The notes: generated from the letters alone by a model not told the origin. DNA of 64,000 nt from Actinomycetota bacterium (GCA_009699015.1 WLOY01000003.1:273-64272); one strand, 5' to 3'; counted from the stretch's first letter, positions 30,550-42,966 are shown. Numbers and translations: made by a program.

Positions 30550-30703
30550 GGTGGGGCAACATTACGGCCGCGGCGTGGGTCAGGGCAGGTCAACGGGACG
30601 TTTGAGCAAGAAGTTGCAGGATTGCGCAAGAATCGGGCAGAGAAGTCCCGGCCACGGGCCGATCTGCCCATGCAAGCGTTATCAGGCAGGCTAGGGTTCT
30701 CAG

Positions 30704-33288
30704 GTGAGAGCGATCCGACGGTTCACCGTCCGTACTGTCCTTCCCGCGCCGCTGGCTCCGCTCGAGGAGCTCGCGACGAACCTGCGCTGGTCCTGGCACC
30801 CCGAGACCCGCGACCTGTTCGCGGCGATCGATGCCGGCCTGTGGGCCGCATCCGGCGAGGACCCTGTCCGCATGCTCGGCGAGGTCACGGCCGAGCGGCT
30901 CGCCGAGCTCGCGGGCGATGAGGGGTTCGTCAGCTGGGTGGGCCGCAGCCGCGATGACCTCCACGCCTATCTCTCGTCCGATCGCTGGTACCAGACCCTC
31001 GGTCCGGACGCCCCCGCCGCCATCGCGTACTTCTCACCGGAGTTCGGGATCACCGGCGCCCTGCCCCAGTACTCCGGCGGCCTGGGCATTCTCGCGGGAG
31101 ACCACCTGAAGACCGCGAGCGACCTCGGCGTCCGGATCATCGGCATAGGCCTGTTCTACCGCGCCGGCTATTTCAGGCAGTCCCTCTCGCGCGACGGCTG
31201 GCAGCTCGAGCACTACCCGGTCTGCGACCCCGACGGCAGCCCGGTGGCGCTGCTCCGCGAGGCCGACGGCACGCCGGCCAAGATATCGCTCGGCATCCCC
31301 GGCGGGCGCCGGATCACCGCTCGGATCTGGGTGGCCCAGGTCGGACGGGTTCCGCTGCTCCTCCTCGACTCCGACGTAGAGGAGAACGCGGCCGCCGAGC
31401 GCGATGTCACCGACCGCCTATACGGCGGCGGAGGCGAACACCGCCTGCAGCAGGAGATGCTCCTCGGCATCGGCGGCGTGCGGGCCATCCGGGCCTTCTC
31501 CCGCATCACCGGGGCACCAGCCCCCGAGGTCTTCCACATGAACGAGGGCCACGCGGGGTTCCTCGGCATCGAGCGGATCCGAGAGCTCGTGCAGGGCGAC
31601 GTGCAGCTCGACTTCCACCAGGCCCTCGAGGCGTGCCGCGCCGGCACCGTCTTCACCACGCACACCCCGGTTCCCGCCGGCATCGACCGGTTCCCCCGCG
31701 AGCTGATCGAGCAGTACTTCGGCGGCGAGAACGCCGAGGTCGGCGTCCCGGTGGAGCGCATCCTGGAGCTCGGCGGCGAGTCCTTCGCGGGCGGTGACCC
31801 GAATGTCTTCAACATGGCGCTTCAGGGACTGCGCCTTGCCCAGCGCGCCAACGGCGTGAGCCTGCTCCACGGCGAGGTCTCCCGCGGCATGTTTGCCGGC
31901 CTGTGGCCCGGCTTCGACCCTGACGACGTCCCGATCACGGCCATCACGAATGGCGTGCACGCCCCGACCTGGGTGGCAAGGGAGATCCGCGACCTGGCTG
32001 GCGCCGAGTTCGGCGTCGAGCCCATCAACGGGGCCGAGGGCTGGGAGGCGATCGCGAACACTCCCGACGATCGACTGTGGTCGGTCAAGCGGCAACTGCG
32101 CGAGCAGCTCATCACGATGACCCGGCGACGCCTGCGCGACTCGTGGCTCGCCCGCGGGGCGACCGAGCCGGAGCTCGGCTGGATCAACTCCGTGCTCGAC
32201 CCCGACATCCTCACCATCGGCTTCGCCCGTCGTGTGCCGTCCTACAAGCGACTGACGCTCATGCTCCGCGACAAGGATCGCCTGCGTGCGCTCCTCCTCG
32301 ATCCGGAGCGCCCAATCCAGCTCGTCGTTGCGGGCAAGTCGCATCCGGCGGACGACGGCGGCAAGCGTCTCATCCAGGAGCTCGTCGAGTTCGCCGACGG
32401 GGCCGACGTCCGCCATCGCATCGTCTTCCTGCCCAACTACGACATGACGATGGCGACGCTCCTGTACCCGGGGTGCGACGTCTGGCTCAACAACCCGATC
32501 CGGCCCCTCGAGGCCAGCGGCACCTCCGGCATGAAGGCCGCGCTCAATGGCGCGCTCAACCTCTCGATCCTCGACGGGTGGTGGGACGAGTGGTTCGACG
32601 GCGAGAACGGCTGGGCCATCCCGACCGCCGACGGCGTGGAAGACGCAGATCGCCGCGATGACATCGAGGCCGATGCGCTCTACGGGCTCATCGAGAACTC
32701 AGTCGCCGCCACCTTCTACGACGTCGACGATGCGCGGCTGCCACGTCGCTGGATCGAGATGGTCCGCCACACGCTGCGGACCCTGGGCCCGAAGGTGCTC
32801 TCGACCCGGATGGTGCGCGAGTACGTCCTGCGGCTCTACCTGCCGGCGGGGTCGTCATCGCGCGAGATGAACGTGTCGGGCTTCGCCCTTGCTCGCGAGA
32901 TGTGCGCCTGGAAGCAGCGCGAGCGGTCGCAATGGCCACTCCTGAGGGTCGATCATGTCGAGGCCGATGGCGTCGGCGACTCGGTGAGCCTCGGCACCCC
33001 GATCACCGTGCGCGCATTCGTGTCGCTGGGCGAGCTTTCCCCCGATGACGTGCTCGTCCAGGCCGTGTACGGCCGCGTCGACGCCGACGACCGGTTCATT
33101 GCGCCGCAGCACGCGGCGATGGAGCCGGCCGAGTCCTTCGAGCCGGGCGGGTGGCAGTACCGGCTCACCTTGCCGCTGGAGCAGAACGGTCCGTTCGGCT
33201 ACACGGTCCGGATCCTTCCGCATCATGCCGGGCTCGCGACTGCGGGGGAACTCGGCCTCCAGGTGCTGCCGACGGTGAGTATCGGGGG

Positions 33289-33292
<4 letters not shown>
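30704..33292 (+). CDS. glgP: Alpha-glucan family phosphorylase
   Basis: 862 aa from GTG 30704. ...LRWSWHPETRDLF..., YFSPEFGI, GGLGILAGDHLK and SGTSGMKAALNG (pyridoxal-phosphate Lys region) are typical of actinobacterial GlgP. Confidence 0.9.
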
Positions 33293-35427
<2,135 letters not shown>

Positions 35428-35534
35428 TATGCAGACGGTACAGGTGGCCACCGGACTCGAGCGCTGGTGCACGCTGCGATCATGGCCAAGAGGTGGGCGC
35501 TAGGCTCGCGCATCCGATGACCGAAGGGGTTCGC

Positions 35535-36314
35535 ATGGCCGATTTCGTTTCGATGGACGTCGCAGAGCGGGTGGCCACGATCACCTTGAACCGTCCGAAG
35601 ATGAACGCCCTGTCCTTGCAGATGCAGCGTGAGATCCGCGATGCGGCCAACGAGGCGTCGTCCATGGCCGAGGTCGGGGCAGTCGTCCTGTACGGCGGGC
35701 CAAAGGTGTTCGCCGCCGGTGCCGACGTCAAGGAGATGGCCGACATGTCCTTCCAGGACATGGCCCGGCACTCGCGGGGACTGCAGGCCTCATTCGCTGC
35801 CGTTGCCTCGATTCCCAAGCCCACGATCGCCGCCATCACCGGCTACGCGCTCGGCGGGGGCTGCGAGCTCGCACTGTGCTGCGACCTGCGCGTCGCCGCT
35901 GACAACGCCCGTCTTGGCCAGCCCGAGATCCTCCTCGGGATCATTCCCGGCGCGGGCGGCACGCAACGCCTCTCCCGGCTCATCGGGCCCTCTCGGGCGA
36001 AGGACCTCATCTTCAGCGGCCGGTTCATCGATGCGCCGGAGGCACTCGCGATCGGCCTCGTCGACCGGGTCGTCGCCCCGGAGGAGGTTTACTCCGATGC
36101 GCACGCGTGGGCGGCTGAGCTCGCAAGAGGGCCGGCCCTGGCCCTCGCCGCAGCCAAGGGCGCCATCGACTCCGGGCTCGAGACCGACCTCGCCACCGGC
36201 CTGGAGATCGAGCGTCAGGCGTTCGCGAGCATGTTCGCGACCGAGGATCAGAAGATCGGGATGGCGTCGTTCATCGAGCACGGCCCCGGCAAGGCTGAGT
36301 TCACTGGCCGCTAG
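35535..36314 (+). CDS. Enoyl-CoA hydratase
   Basis: VATITLNRPKMNALS..., GGPKVFAAGADVKEM, GYALGGGCELALCCDLRVA. Crotonase fold with both catalytic-Glu regions. Confidence 0.85.
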   Translation: MADFVSMDVAERVATITLNRPKMNALSLQMQREIRDAANEASSMAEVGAVVLYGGPKVFAAGADVKEMADMSFQDMARHSRGLQASFAAVASIPKPTIAAITGYALGGGCELALCCDLRVAADNARLGQPEILLGIIPGAGGTQRLSRLIGPSRAKDLIFSGRFIDAPEALAIGLVDRVVAPEEVYSDAHAWAAELARGPALALAAAKGAIDSGLETDLATGLEIERQAFASMFATEDQKIGMASFIEHGPGKAEFTGR

Positions 36315-37105
36315 GTGGCTGCAGGCCGGTTGCCGGCGTGCGTTGCCATCGCGAGCTGCCCGGCGAGGATCAAAGGGGCATCGACCATCGCGGGGCCGTA
36401 CCAGGTGAGCGAACGACCATCGACGAGCGCGCAGGGAAGCGGGTCGAACGACTCCGGCCCGTCGCCTGAGCTGAAGGCATAGGGCTCGTCGGGAAGCACG
36501 GCGAGGTCATGCGGGGGCAGGTCCTCGAGGCGGATGCGCGGATACCGCTCGGGGGAGTCGGCGAGGACGTTGTCGATCCCGAGGCGGCGCAGGACATCGC
36601 CGGCGTAGGTGTCGCTGCCGACGTGCATCCAGGGCCGCCGCCAGATGGTGATGACGGCCCGACGACGCTTGGCGGCCGGAGTCTGCGGAACGCCGTCCCA
36701 CCGTGAGCGAGCATCATCGAGCCATGAGCAGGAGGGCGCCTCGATGGCCGTGAGCAGTCGAGCCATGGAATGAAGGGCCTGCTCGACGGTGCGGATATCG
36801 GTGACCCAGACCTGCCGACCCGCCGAGCGCAGGGCATCGATGTCGTCGGGCCGATTCTCCTCGGCGTTCGCGATGATGAGGTCGGGGGCGAGGCGCGTGA
36901 TCGCGTCGATGTCAGGATTCTTCGTTCCCCCGATGCGAACGGCGTCGAGGTCAACCGGATGGCTGCACCAGTCGGTCACGCCCGCGAGAGTGCCGGGTGC
37001 GCTCGCGGCGAGGGCCTCGGTGAGCGACGGGACCAGGCTCACGATCCTGCGTGGTGCCGCGTCGAGCCGGACGACGGCTCCCGTATCGTCTCGGTGGATC
37101 GCCAT
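36311..37105 (-). CDS. BtuF-like helical-backbone metal/cobalamin-binding protein without a signal peptide
   Basis: 264 aa. RIVSLVPSLTEAL...PDLIIAN... class-III periplasmic-binding-protein pattern. The N-terminus MAIHRDDTGAVVRLD has no hydrophobic leader. Confidence 0.7.
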   Translation of the reverse strand: MAIHRDDTGAVVRLDAAPRRIVSLVPSLTEALAASAPGTLAGVTDWCSHPVDLDAVRIGGTKNPDIDAITRLAPDLIIANAEENRPDDIDALRSAGRQVWVTDIRTVEQALHSMARLLTAIEAPSCSWLDDARSRWDGVPQTPAAKRRRAVITIWRRPWMHVGSDTYAGDVLRRLGIDNVLADSPERYPRIRLEDLPPHDLAVLPDEPYAFSSGDGPESFDPLPCALVDGRSLTWYGPAMVDAPLILAGQLAMATHAGNRPAAT

Positions 37106-37187
37106 GCGGCCAGAATGTCACAGGCCGTCGCAGCCGCGACATCGGCGAGCACGGTACATGCGAGCACGACAGACACGAAGGGGCAAC

Positions 37188-37949
37188 ATGTTCGACGAGG
37201 TAGTGCTGTTCGACGTCCGCGATTCGATCGCGCGCATCACGCTCAACAGGCCCGACAGGTCGAACTCATTCGATCTCGATGCGGCGCGCGAGTTCTGCGC
37301 GGTCGTCGAGCGCACGGCGGCCAGCCAGGCGCGGGCCGTGCTCCTCACCGGCAACGGGCCACGGTTCTGCGCCGGCGGGGATGTGGCGTCGATGGTCGTG
37401 GCCGACGACAGGGCCGCCTACCTGCGCGAGTTGGCCAGGACCCTGGAGGCGGGACTTCGTGCCATGTCGGAACTGCCGATCCCGGTCATCGCGGCCGTCC
37501 AGGGGGCGGTTGCCGGGGCTGGTCTTGCCGTGGTGCTCAATGCCGATGTCGTCGTCGCCTCGCGCTCGACGAAATTCCTGACCGCGTACGCCGGCATCGG
37601 GCTCACGCCCGACTGCGGCGTCTCGTACCTCCTCCCCAGGGCGGTTGGGCAGCAAAGGGCACTTGAACTCGCGCTGACCGGCCGAGTGCTCTCCGCTGAT
37701 GAGGCTCTCGAGTGGGGCCTCATCGCCCAGGTGGTCGAAGCGGATGATCTCGCCACCGTCGCAGACGAGCTTGTGGCTCGCGTCGCATCGGGGGCCGTTG
37801 CAGCGCTCGGTGATGCCAAGCGACTCATTCGGTCATCCTTTGAGATGCCTCGAGTGCAGAGCGCTGCGGCCGAGGTTGACTCCATCGCGCGTGCGGTGAC
37901 CAGGGATGAGGCGATCTCGCTCATCGAGGCCTTCACCAAGCGCGGATGA
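37188..37949 (+). CDS. Enoyl-CoA hydratase/isomerase family protein
   Basis: 253 aa from ATG 37188. IARITLNRPDRSNSF..., GNGPRFCAGGDV, QGAVAGAGLAVVLNADVV. The upstream part of ORF 36789 is antisense to the BtuF-like gene and is discarded. Confidence 0.8.
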   Translation: MFDEVVLFDVRDSIARITLNRPDRSNSFDLDAAREFCAVVERTAASQARAVLLTGNGPRFCAGGDVASMVVADDRAAYLRELARTLEAGLRAMSELPIPVIAAVQGAVAGAGLAVVLNADVVVASRSTKFLTAYAGIGLTPDCGVSYLLPRAVGQQRALELALTGRVLSADEALEWGLIAQVVEADDLATVADELVARVASGAVAALGDAKRLIRSSFEMPRVQSAAAEVDSIARAVTRDEAISLIEAFTKRG

Positions 37950-38029
37950 CGGCAAACCCGCTGCGTGATCGTTGAACTGCGGGTAGCCTCCCCCCACCGC
38001 CCTTTGGCCCAGATGATCGGAGATCTCCC

Positions 38030-39001
38030 ATGACACTGCAGGACAGGATCGACCCCGAGGTTCGTGTTCCCCTTGACGGACTGCTCGGCGCCTTCCCCGG
38101 AGGCTTCAATGCCATTCCTGACATCGTCGCTCGGCGTGAGCTTGTCATCGCGATCCTGGCCGCTGGCGCGGAGGGCATCCCGCCGAATGACAGGGTGTCC
38201 TCGCAAGATCACGTGGCTCCGGGTCGTGACGGCCACCCGGAGGTGGGCGTGCGCGTGTACCGCCCTGTTGGCTCCTCGGGCACCCTCCCGGGAATCTTCT
38301 ACATCCATGGTGGCGGCATGGTCCTCGGCAGCATCGAGATGGACGACGCCTCCGCAACGATGCTCTGCGAGATGACCGGTTGCGTCGTCGTGTCGGTCGA
38401 GTACCGCCTCGCGCCGGAGAACCCGTTCCCTGCCGCCCCGGAGGACTGCTACACCGGACTGGTGTGGATGGCGCGGAATGCCGCGGAGATCGGTGTCGAT
38501 CCCGAGCGCATCGCCCTGTTCGGCCAGAGTGCTGGTGGCGGGTTGGTGCTCGCAGTGGCGCTCATGTCGCGTGATCGCGGCTTCCCGTCGATCCGGATGC
38601 AGATGCCGATCTACCCGATGATCGATGACCGTAACGTGACGCCGTCGAGCCATGAAGTGACCGATATCGGCATCTGGGACCGCGCCGGCAACCTCGAGGC
38701 CTGGGGCATGTACCTCGGCGACGCCTACGGCACCGAGCACGTTTCCCACTACGCCGCTCCGGCCCGGGCGACGGATCTCTCGGGGCTCCCGCCGACCTTC
38801 ATCGATGTTGGCGACCTCGATCTGTTCCGCGATGAGGACATCGACTTCGCGGCGCGCCTCATGCGGGCGGGTGTTCCCACTGAGTTCCACGTGAACCCGG
38901 GTGCCTACCACGCGGCCGAGGTCTTCGCGCCGACAGCGGCCCTGTCTCAGCGGATCTGGGCGATGCGGGTCGATGCCCTTCGGCGTGCGCTCTTCGGGTA
39001 G
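38030..39001 (+). CDS. Alpha/beta hydrolase, hormone-sensitive-lipase-type esterase
   Basis: HGGG oxyanion motif (IFYIHGGGMVLGS), nucleophile GQSAGG, and DLFRDE / H near the C-terminus. Confidence 0.85.
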   Translation: MTLQDRIDPEVRVPLDGLLGAFPGGFNAIPDIVARRELVIAILAAGAEGIPPNDRVSSQDHVAPGRDGHPEVGVRVYRPVGSSGTLPGIFYIHGGGMVLGSIEMDDASATMLCEMTGCVVVSVEYRLAPENPFPAAPEDCYTGLVWMARNAAEIGVDPERIALFGQSAGGGLVLAVALMSRDRGFPSIRMQMPIYPMIDDRNVTPSSHEVTDIGIWDRAGNLEAWGMYLGDAYGTEHVSHYAAPARATDLSGLPPTFIDVGDLDLFRDEDIDFAARLMRAGVPTEFHVNPGAYHAAEVFAPTAALSQRIWAMRVDALRRALFG

Positions 39002-39156
39002 CGCGCACGCTGGGAGCGGGACCTCGTGGCAAGTAGTTGGAATGCCGGACAAGGCCCCGCTCCCCGTCATATGGTGGGGCACTGTTTCTTGAGTCGGTCT
39101 AGAGTTAGGCTGTCTTTGGGGACGCATCCCGCCAATTTCGAGTATGAGGAGTTTCC

Positions 39157-39939
39157 ATGGGTCTTCTGGACGGCAAGGTCGCGACCATCACCGCGAGCAC
39201 CCGGAGTATCGGTCGCGGCATCGCCGAGGCTTTCCACAACGAGGGCGCAACGGTTGTCCTCAGCGGTCGCAACGAGGAGAAGGGCCTTAAGGCCATCGAG
39301 GAGATGGGCGGCGGCGATCGACTGCACTTCATCGCGTGCGATGCCTCGAAGCAGGCGCAGGTCGAAGCGCTCGTCGACAGCACGGTCGCCAAGTGCGGCC
39401 GCATTGACATCATCGTCCCGAACGCCGGCGGTGTCGCGAACACCGCTCCGGTCGCGATGATGAGCGACGAGGAGTGGCAGTACGAGCTCGACTTCAACCT
39501 CAACCAGACTTTCTGGATGACCCGTCGGGCCCTGAAGTACATGCTGCCGCAGCAGTCCGGCCGCATCATCGGCATGTCGTCGATGTACGGAAAGATCTCC
39601 ACCATGGCCGTGCCCGGCTACATCGCCAATAAGCACGCGATCATCGGGCTCATGAAGGCGGTGGCCAAGGAGGTCGGCACCCAGGGAATCACCGCGAACG
39701 CGCTGTGCCCGGGCTTCGTCCCGACGGACATGTTCTACGAGACCGGTCCCGCGACCGTCGAGGCGATGGGCCTTCCGAACCTCGATGCCCTCGCACAGAT
39801 CATGTTCAGCGTCACGGCAATCCAGCGACCGAACACCGAGGCTGAGGTAGCGGCTGCCGCAGTCCTCCTGGCATCGGATCTCGGCGCGGGCATCACCGGC
39901 ACCACGATCAACGTCGATGGCGGCGCGTCGCCGTACTAG
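39157..39939 (+). CDS. SDR family oxidoreductase (FabG-like)
   Basis: KVATITASTRSIGRGIA Rossmann motif, and a Y-x3-K-type motif (GYIANKHAIIG). Confidence 0.85.
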   Translation: MGLLDGKVATITASTRSIGRGIAEAFHNEGATVVLSGRNEEKGLKAIEEMGGGDRLHFIACDASKQAQVEALVDSTVAKCGRIDIIVPNAGGVANTAPVAMMSDEEWQYELDFNLNQTFWMTRRALKYMLPQQSGRIIGMSSMYGKISTMAVPGYIANKHAIIGLMKAVAKEVGTQGITANALCPGFVPTDMFYETGPATVEAMGLPNLDALAQIMFSVTAIQRPNTEAEVAAAAVLLASDLGAGITGTTINVDGGASPY

Positions 39940-39996
39940 GCATCGCGCGGCTAGGCCTCGCGCGGCTAGGCCTCGCGCGGCTAGGCATCGCGCGAA
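39937..39996. repeat. 15-bp tandem repeat x4 (TAGGCMTCGCGCGGC) starting at the SDR stop codon
   Basis: taggcatcgcgcggc / taggcctcgcgcggc / taggcctcgcgcggc / taggcatcgcgcgaa, read directly. Each unit begins with an in-frame TAG. Confidence 0.9.
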
Positions 39997-40050
39997 AGTG
40001 GGCGCGCTGCCGCAATAACTGAATATCCACCGTTTCGAAAGGATTGATGC

Positions 40051-40830
40051 GTGTCTCGTCTGGGCAACCTCGACCAGTGGTTCACCGACAAGACCGCGAT
40101 CGTCACCGGCGGCGCTGGGGGCATGGGGCGTTCGATCGCCCTCGCCTTCAGCGCCGCCGGTGCTCGTGTCGTGGTCGCCGACTTCAATGCCGACGGCGGG
40201 CAGGAGACGGTATCGCTCGTGCGGGAGCAGGGCGGCGAGGCGGTCTTCGCACGAACCGACGTATCGAAGTCGGATGACGTTGCGGCGATGGTGCAGTCCG
40301 CAGTCTCGAACTTCGGCGGGCTGAACTTCGCGGTCAATGCGGCCGCGATCGAATTCGAGACCGTGAACCTCGCAGACCTGCCGGACGAGGACTTCGACCG
40401 GATGATCGCCGTGAACCTGCGCTCCATCTTCCTGTGCATGAAGCATGAGATCAACGCGATGCTCCCCGATGGCGGCGCCATCGTGAACATCGCCTCGACG
40501 AACTCCTACCGGCCGCAGCCCCACCAGTCGGCCTACACCGCCAGCAAATTCGGTGTCCTGGGCATCACCAAGTCAGCGGCTATCGACTATGCGCCGCTGG
40601 GGGTCCGCATCAATGCGATCTGCCCGGGCGCGATCGAGACCCCGATGCTGCTCGGCGCCATCAAGGCGCGCGGCCGAGACAAGCAGGAGGTCGCGGGCCG
40701 GCTGAGCCTCATCGGGCGCTTCGGCCAACCGGACGAGATCGCGTCCGCCGCCCTGTGGCTGTGCTCCGAGGCATCGTCCTTCACCATCGGCCACGCGCTC
40801 GCGGTCGATGGCGGTTATCTGGCCCGCTAG
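40051..40830 (+). CDS. SDR family oxidoreductase
   Basis: 259 aa from GTG 40051. AIVTGGAGGMGRSIA, NIASTNS, YTASKFGVLGITKSAAIDY. Confidence 0.85.
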   Translation: MSRLGNLDQWFTDKTAIVTGGAGGMGRSIALAFSAAGARVVVADFNADGGQETVSLVREQGGEAVFARTDVSKSDDVAAMVQSAVSNFGGLNFAVNAAAIEFETVNLADLPDEDFDRMIAVNLRSIFLCMKHEINAMLPDGGAIVNIASTNSYRPQPHQSAYTASKFGVLGITKSAAIDYAPLGVRINAICPGAIETPMLLGAIKARGRDKQEVAGRLSLIGRFGQPDEIASAALWLCSEASSFTIGHALAVDGGYLAR

Positions 40831-40844
40831 CGATCCTCCTGCGA

Positions 40845-41693
40845 CTACTTCGCGTAGTCGTAGAAGCCGCGTCCGGACTTGCGGCCGAGGAGGCCCGCCT
40901 CGACGTGGCGCTTGAGTAGGGCCGGCGGCGCGAACGCCGACTCGAGGTGCTCGGCATACAGGCTCTGCGAGACGAGGAGCATCGTGTCGAGCCCGATCAT
41001 GTCGCAGAGGGTCAGGGGTCCCATGGGCATCCCGCATCCTGCCATCATGCCGGTGTCGATGTCCTCCTTGGTGGCCACGTTGTTCTCCAGCGACCTGATG
41101 GCGGATAGCAGGTAGGGGACGAGGATCGCGTTCACCACGAAGCCGGAGCGGTCCGCTGCCCGAATCACCTTCTTGCCGAGGACATCCGCGCAGAACTCGT
41201 GGGCGGCGTCGGCGACAGCGGGGTCGGTCACGAGGCAGGCGACCACTTCGACGAGCGGCATGACCGGTACCGGGTTGAAGAAGTGCAGGCCGAGCACCCG
41301 GCCGGGGTGGGCACTGGCCGCAGCGATCTGTGCGACGGGAATGGACGAGGTGTTCGTTGCGATGATCGCGTCGACGGCGAGGATTCCGTCGAGGTCACCG
41401 ATGAGGGCAACCTTGTCCTCGAGGGTCTCCCGGATGGCCTCGATGACGATCTCCCGGTCGGCGAGCGCCGCGCGGTCGGTCGTGAAGGCGATGCGCCCGA
41501 TGATGGCGTCCGCGGGTTCGTTGAGGCGCCCGGCCGTCTCGGCCTTCGCGAGCGATGCGGCCATCCTGCCCCTCGCTCGGTCGAGGATCTCGTCGCTGAA
41601 GTCGACGACGACGACATCGCAGCCGCCCTTCGCCCCGACCTCGGCGATTCCGGCGCCCATGACGCCGCACCCGACGACTCCAAATCGATTCAT
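40845..41693 (-). CDS. 3-hydroxybutyryl-CoA / 3-hydroxyacyl-CoA dehydrogenase
   Basis: 282 aa from ATG 41693. FGVVGCGVMGAGIAEV, TNTSSIPV, GLHFFNPVPVMPLVEV, GFVVNAIL. The upstream ORF extension is rejected as low-complexity and non-coding in appearance. Confidence 0.85.
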   Translation of the reverse strand: MNRFGVVGCGVMGAGIAEVGAKGGCDVVVVDFSDEILDRARGRMAASLAKAETAGRLNEPADAIIGRIAFTTDRAALADREIVIEAIRETLEDKVALIGDLDGILAVDAIIATNTSSIPVAQIAAASAHPGRVLGLHFFNPVPVMPLVEVVACLVTDPAVADAAHEFCADVLGKKVIRAADRSGFVVNAILVPYLLSAIRSLENNVATKEDIDTGMMAGCGMPMGPLTLCDMIGLDTMLLVSQSLYAEHLESAFAPPALLKRHVEAGLLGRKSGRGFYDYAK

Positions 41694-41760
41694 TGCTCGT
41701 TCGCTCCCTGTGTGATGAGGACTGGCCGGCGGGCGTGCCCGCCGGGGGATTCGGCAGCTG

Positions 41761-42267
41761 CTAGAAATCGCCTGCGTTCGCCCGGAGGCTGCGCAGGACG
41801 CCACGCAATTGGTCGACCTGGTTGTCGGTGATGCCGAGGTTCTCGAAGACCTGCGCATTGAGGGCGATCGTCGCGGTCGCCGATTGGCTTCGGCCTGGCT
41901 CGGTGATGGACGCGAGCACGGCACGGCGGTCGGTGGGATGGGGGAGTCGGGCAACGAAGCCCTGAGCCTCAAGACGGTCAACAGCGCTCGTCACGCTCGT
42001 CGGATGGACCTGCAGGAGGCTGCCCATTCGGGTCATCGGCAGCGCACCGTTGCGCGAGAAGCCGAGGAGCATGAGGATCTCGTACCGGGCGAAGGTGAGA
42101 TTGAGCGGCCGAAGGACGACATCGATGCGCTGCATGAGAATCTGCTGGGCACGCACGAGCGAGGTAACGGCGGCCATGCCGTCCGCGGCATCGGTCCAGC
42201 CGTGCTTCACCCATAGCCGGTGGGCCTCACCGATCGGATCGGTGTCGAGCATCTTCCCGATGGTCAT
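41761..42267 (-). CDS. MarR family transcriptional regulator
   Basis: 168 aa. ...LNLTFARYEILMLLGFSRNGALPMTRMGSLLQVHPTSVTSAVDRLEAQGFVARLPHPTDRR is a canonical MarR wHTH. Confidence 0.85.
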   Translation of the reverse strand: MTIGKMLDTDPIGEAHRLWVKHGWTDAADGMAAVTSLVRAQQILMQRIDVVLRPLNLTFARYEILMLLGFSRNGALPMTRMGSLLQVHPTSVTSAVDRLEAQGFVARLPHPTDRRAVLASITEPGRSQSATATIALNAQVFENLGITDNQVDQLRGVLRSLRANAGDF

Positions 42268-42366
42268 GGCATCCCCTCGTCCGGCACGTCGCCAGGTTTG
42301 TCGCAGTGCCGACCCCCGTGGACCTCAGATACTAGGGCGTGCAAGCAGGTGAGCGTCAGCCGGAGG

Positions 42367-42966
42367 CTACTTGACGAGGTGCTCGGCGAGCGCCGCGGCC
42401 GAGGCCCGGAACCGCATCGGGCCGAGGGTGCGGTAGCTCGGGTCCAACTCGAGCCTGGCCCGTGAGATGACCTCGAGGAGGGTGATGAGGCCGAGGCCGG
42501 CGACCGCGCTGTCGATCCGGTCCTTGGCGGGGTTCATGACCATGAAGGACTTGGCTGCCCGCTTGCTCAAGTCGTCCCTCGTCTTCTTTCGCAGGGCCTC
42601 GCCGGTGCTCGTCGCTCCGATCGAGGTGACGAAGTAGACGATGGCGACTCGCTCGCGATCGTCGATCCAGCTGAGGATGTCGTCGATGAAGTCGATGAGG
42701 TCGTCGGGGTGCGTCAGGTCAGGGAGGAGCCCGCCGACGAGCCTTGACCACTCGTCTGCGAAGTCGGCGATGATCTCGTCGAGGATCTCATCCTTCGAGG
42801 CGAAGTGGTAATAGAAGGCGGCCGGGGTCATGCCCGCCTGGGCAGCGATGTCGGAGACGGCGATCTGATCCGGCGGCTGGACCGCGAGCAGATCGATGGC
42901 GGCGGTGAGGATCTCGTGGCGTCGCGAGGGACGGTTTGCGGGCCGCGCTGACCGAGGGGATGGCAT
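42367..42966 (-). CDS. TetR/AcrR family transcriptional regulator
   Basis: 199 aa from ATG 42966. RRHEILTAAIDLLAVQPPDQIAVSDIAAQAGMTPAAFYYHFASKDEI is a TetR HTH. Confidence 0.8.
   Translation of the reverse strand: MPSPRSARPANRPSRRHEILTAAIDLLAVQPPDQIAVSDIAAQAGMTPAAFYYHFASKDEILDEIIADFADEWSRLVGGLLPDLTHPDDLIDFIDDILSWIDDRERVAIVYFVTSIGATSTGEALRKKTRDDLSKRAAKSFMVMNPAKDRIDSAVAGLGLITLLEVISRARLELDPSYRTLGPMRFRASAAALAEHLVK

Noticed and set aside
39012-39064. GGGAGCGGG ... CCCGCTCCC 9-bp inverted repeat after the esterase gene, considered as a terminator.
   Set aside because: The loop is 35 nt and no U-tract follows, so it is not a convincing intrinsic terminator. It may still be a weak structural element.
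39937-39996. The tandem repeats here, at 26251-26292 and at 56372-56428 were considered as possible CRISPR arrays.
   Set aside because: The units are contiguous with no spacers, there are only 3-4 copies of 14-19 bp, and no cas genes are present. They are simple tandem repeats.
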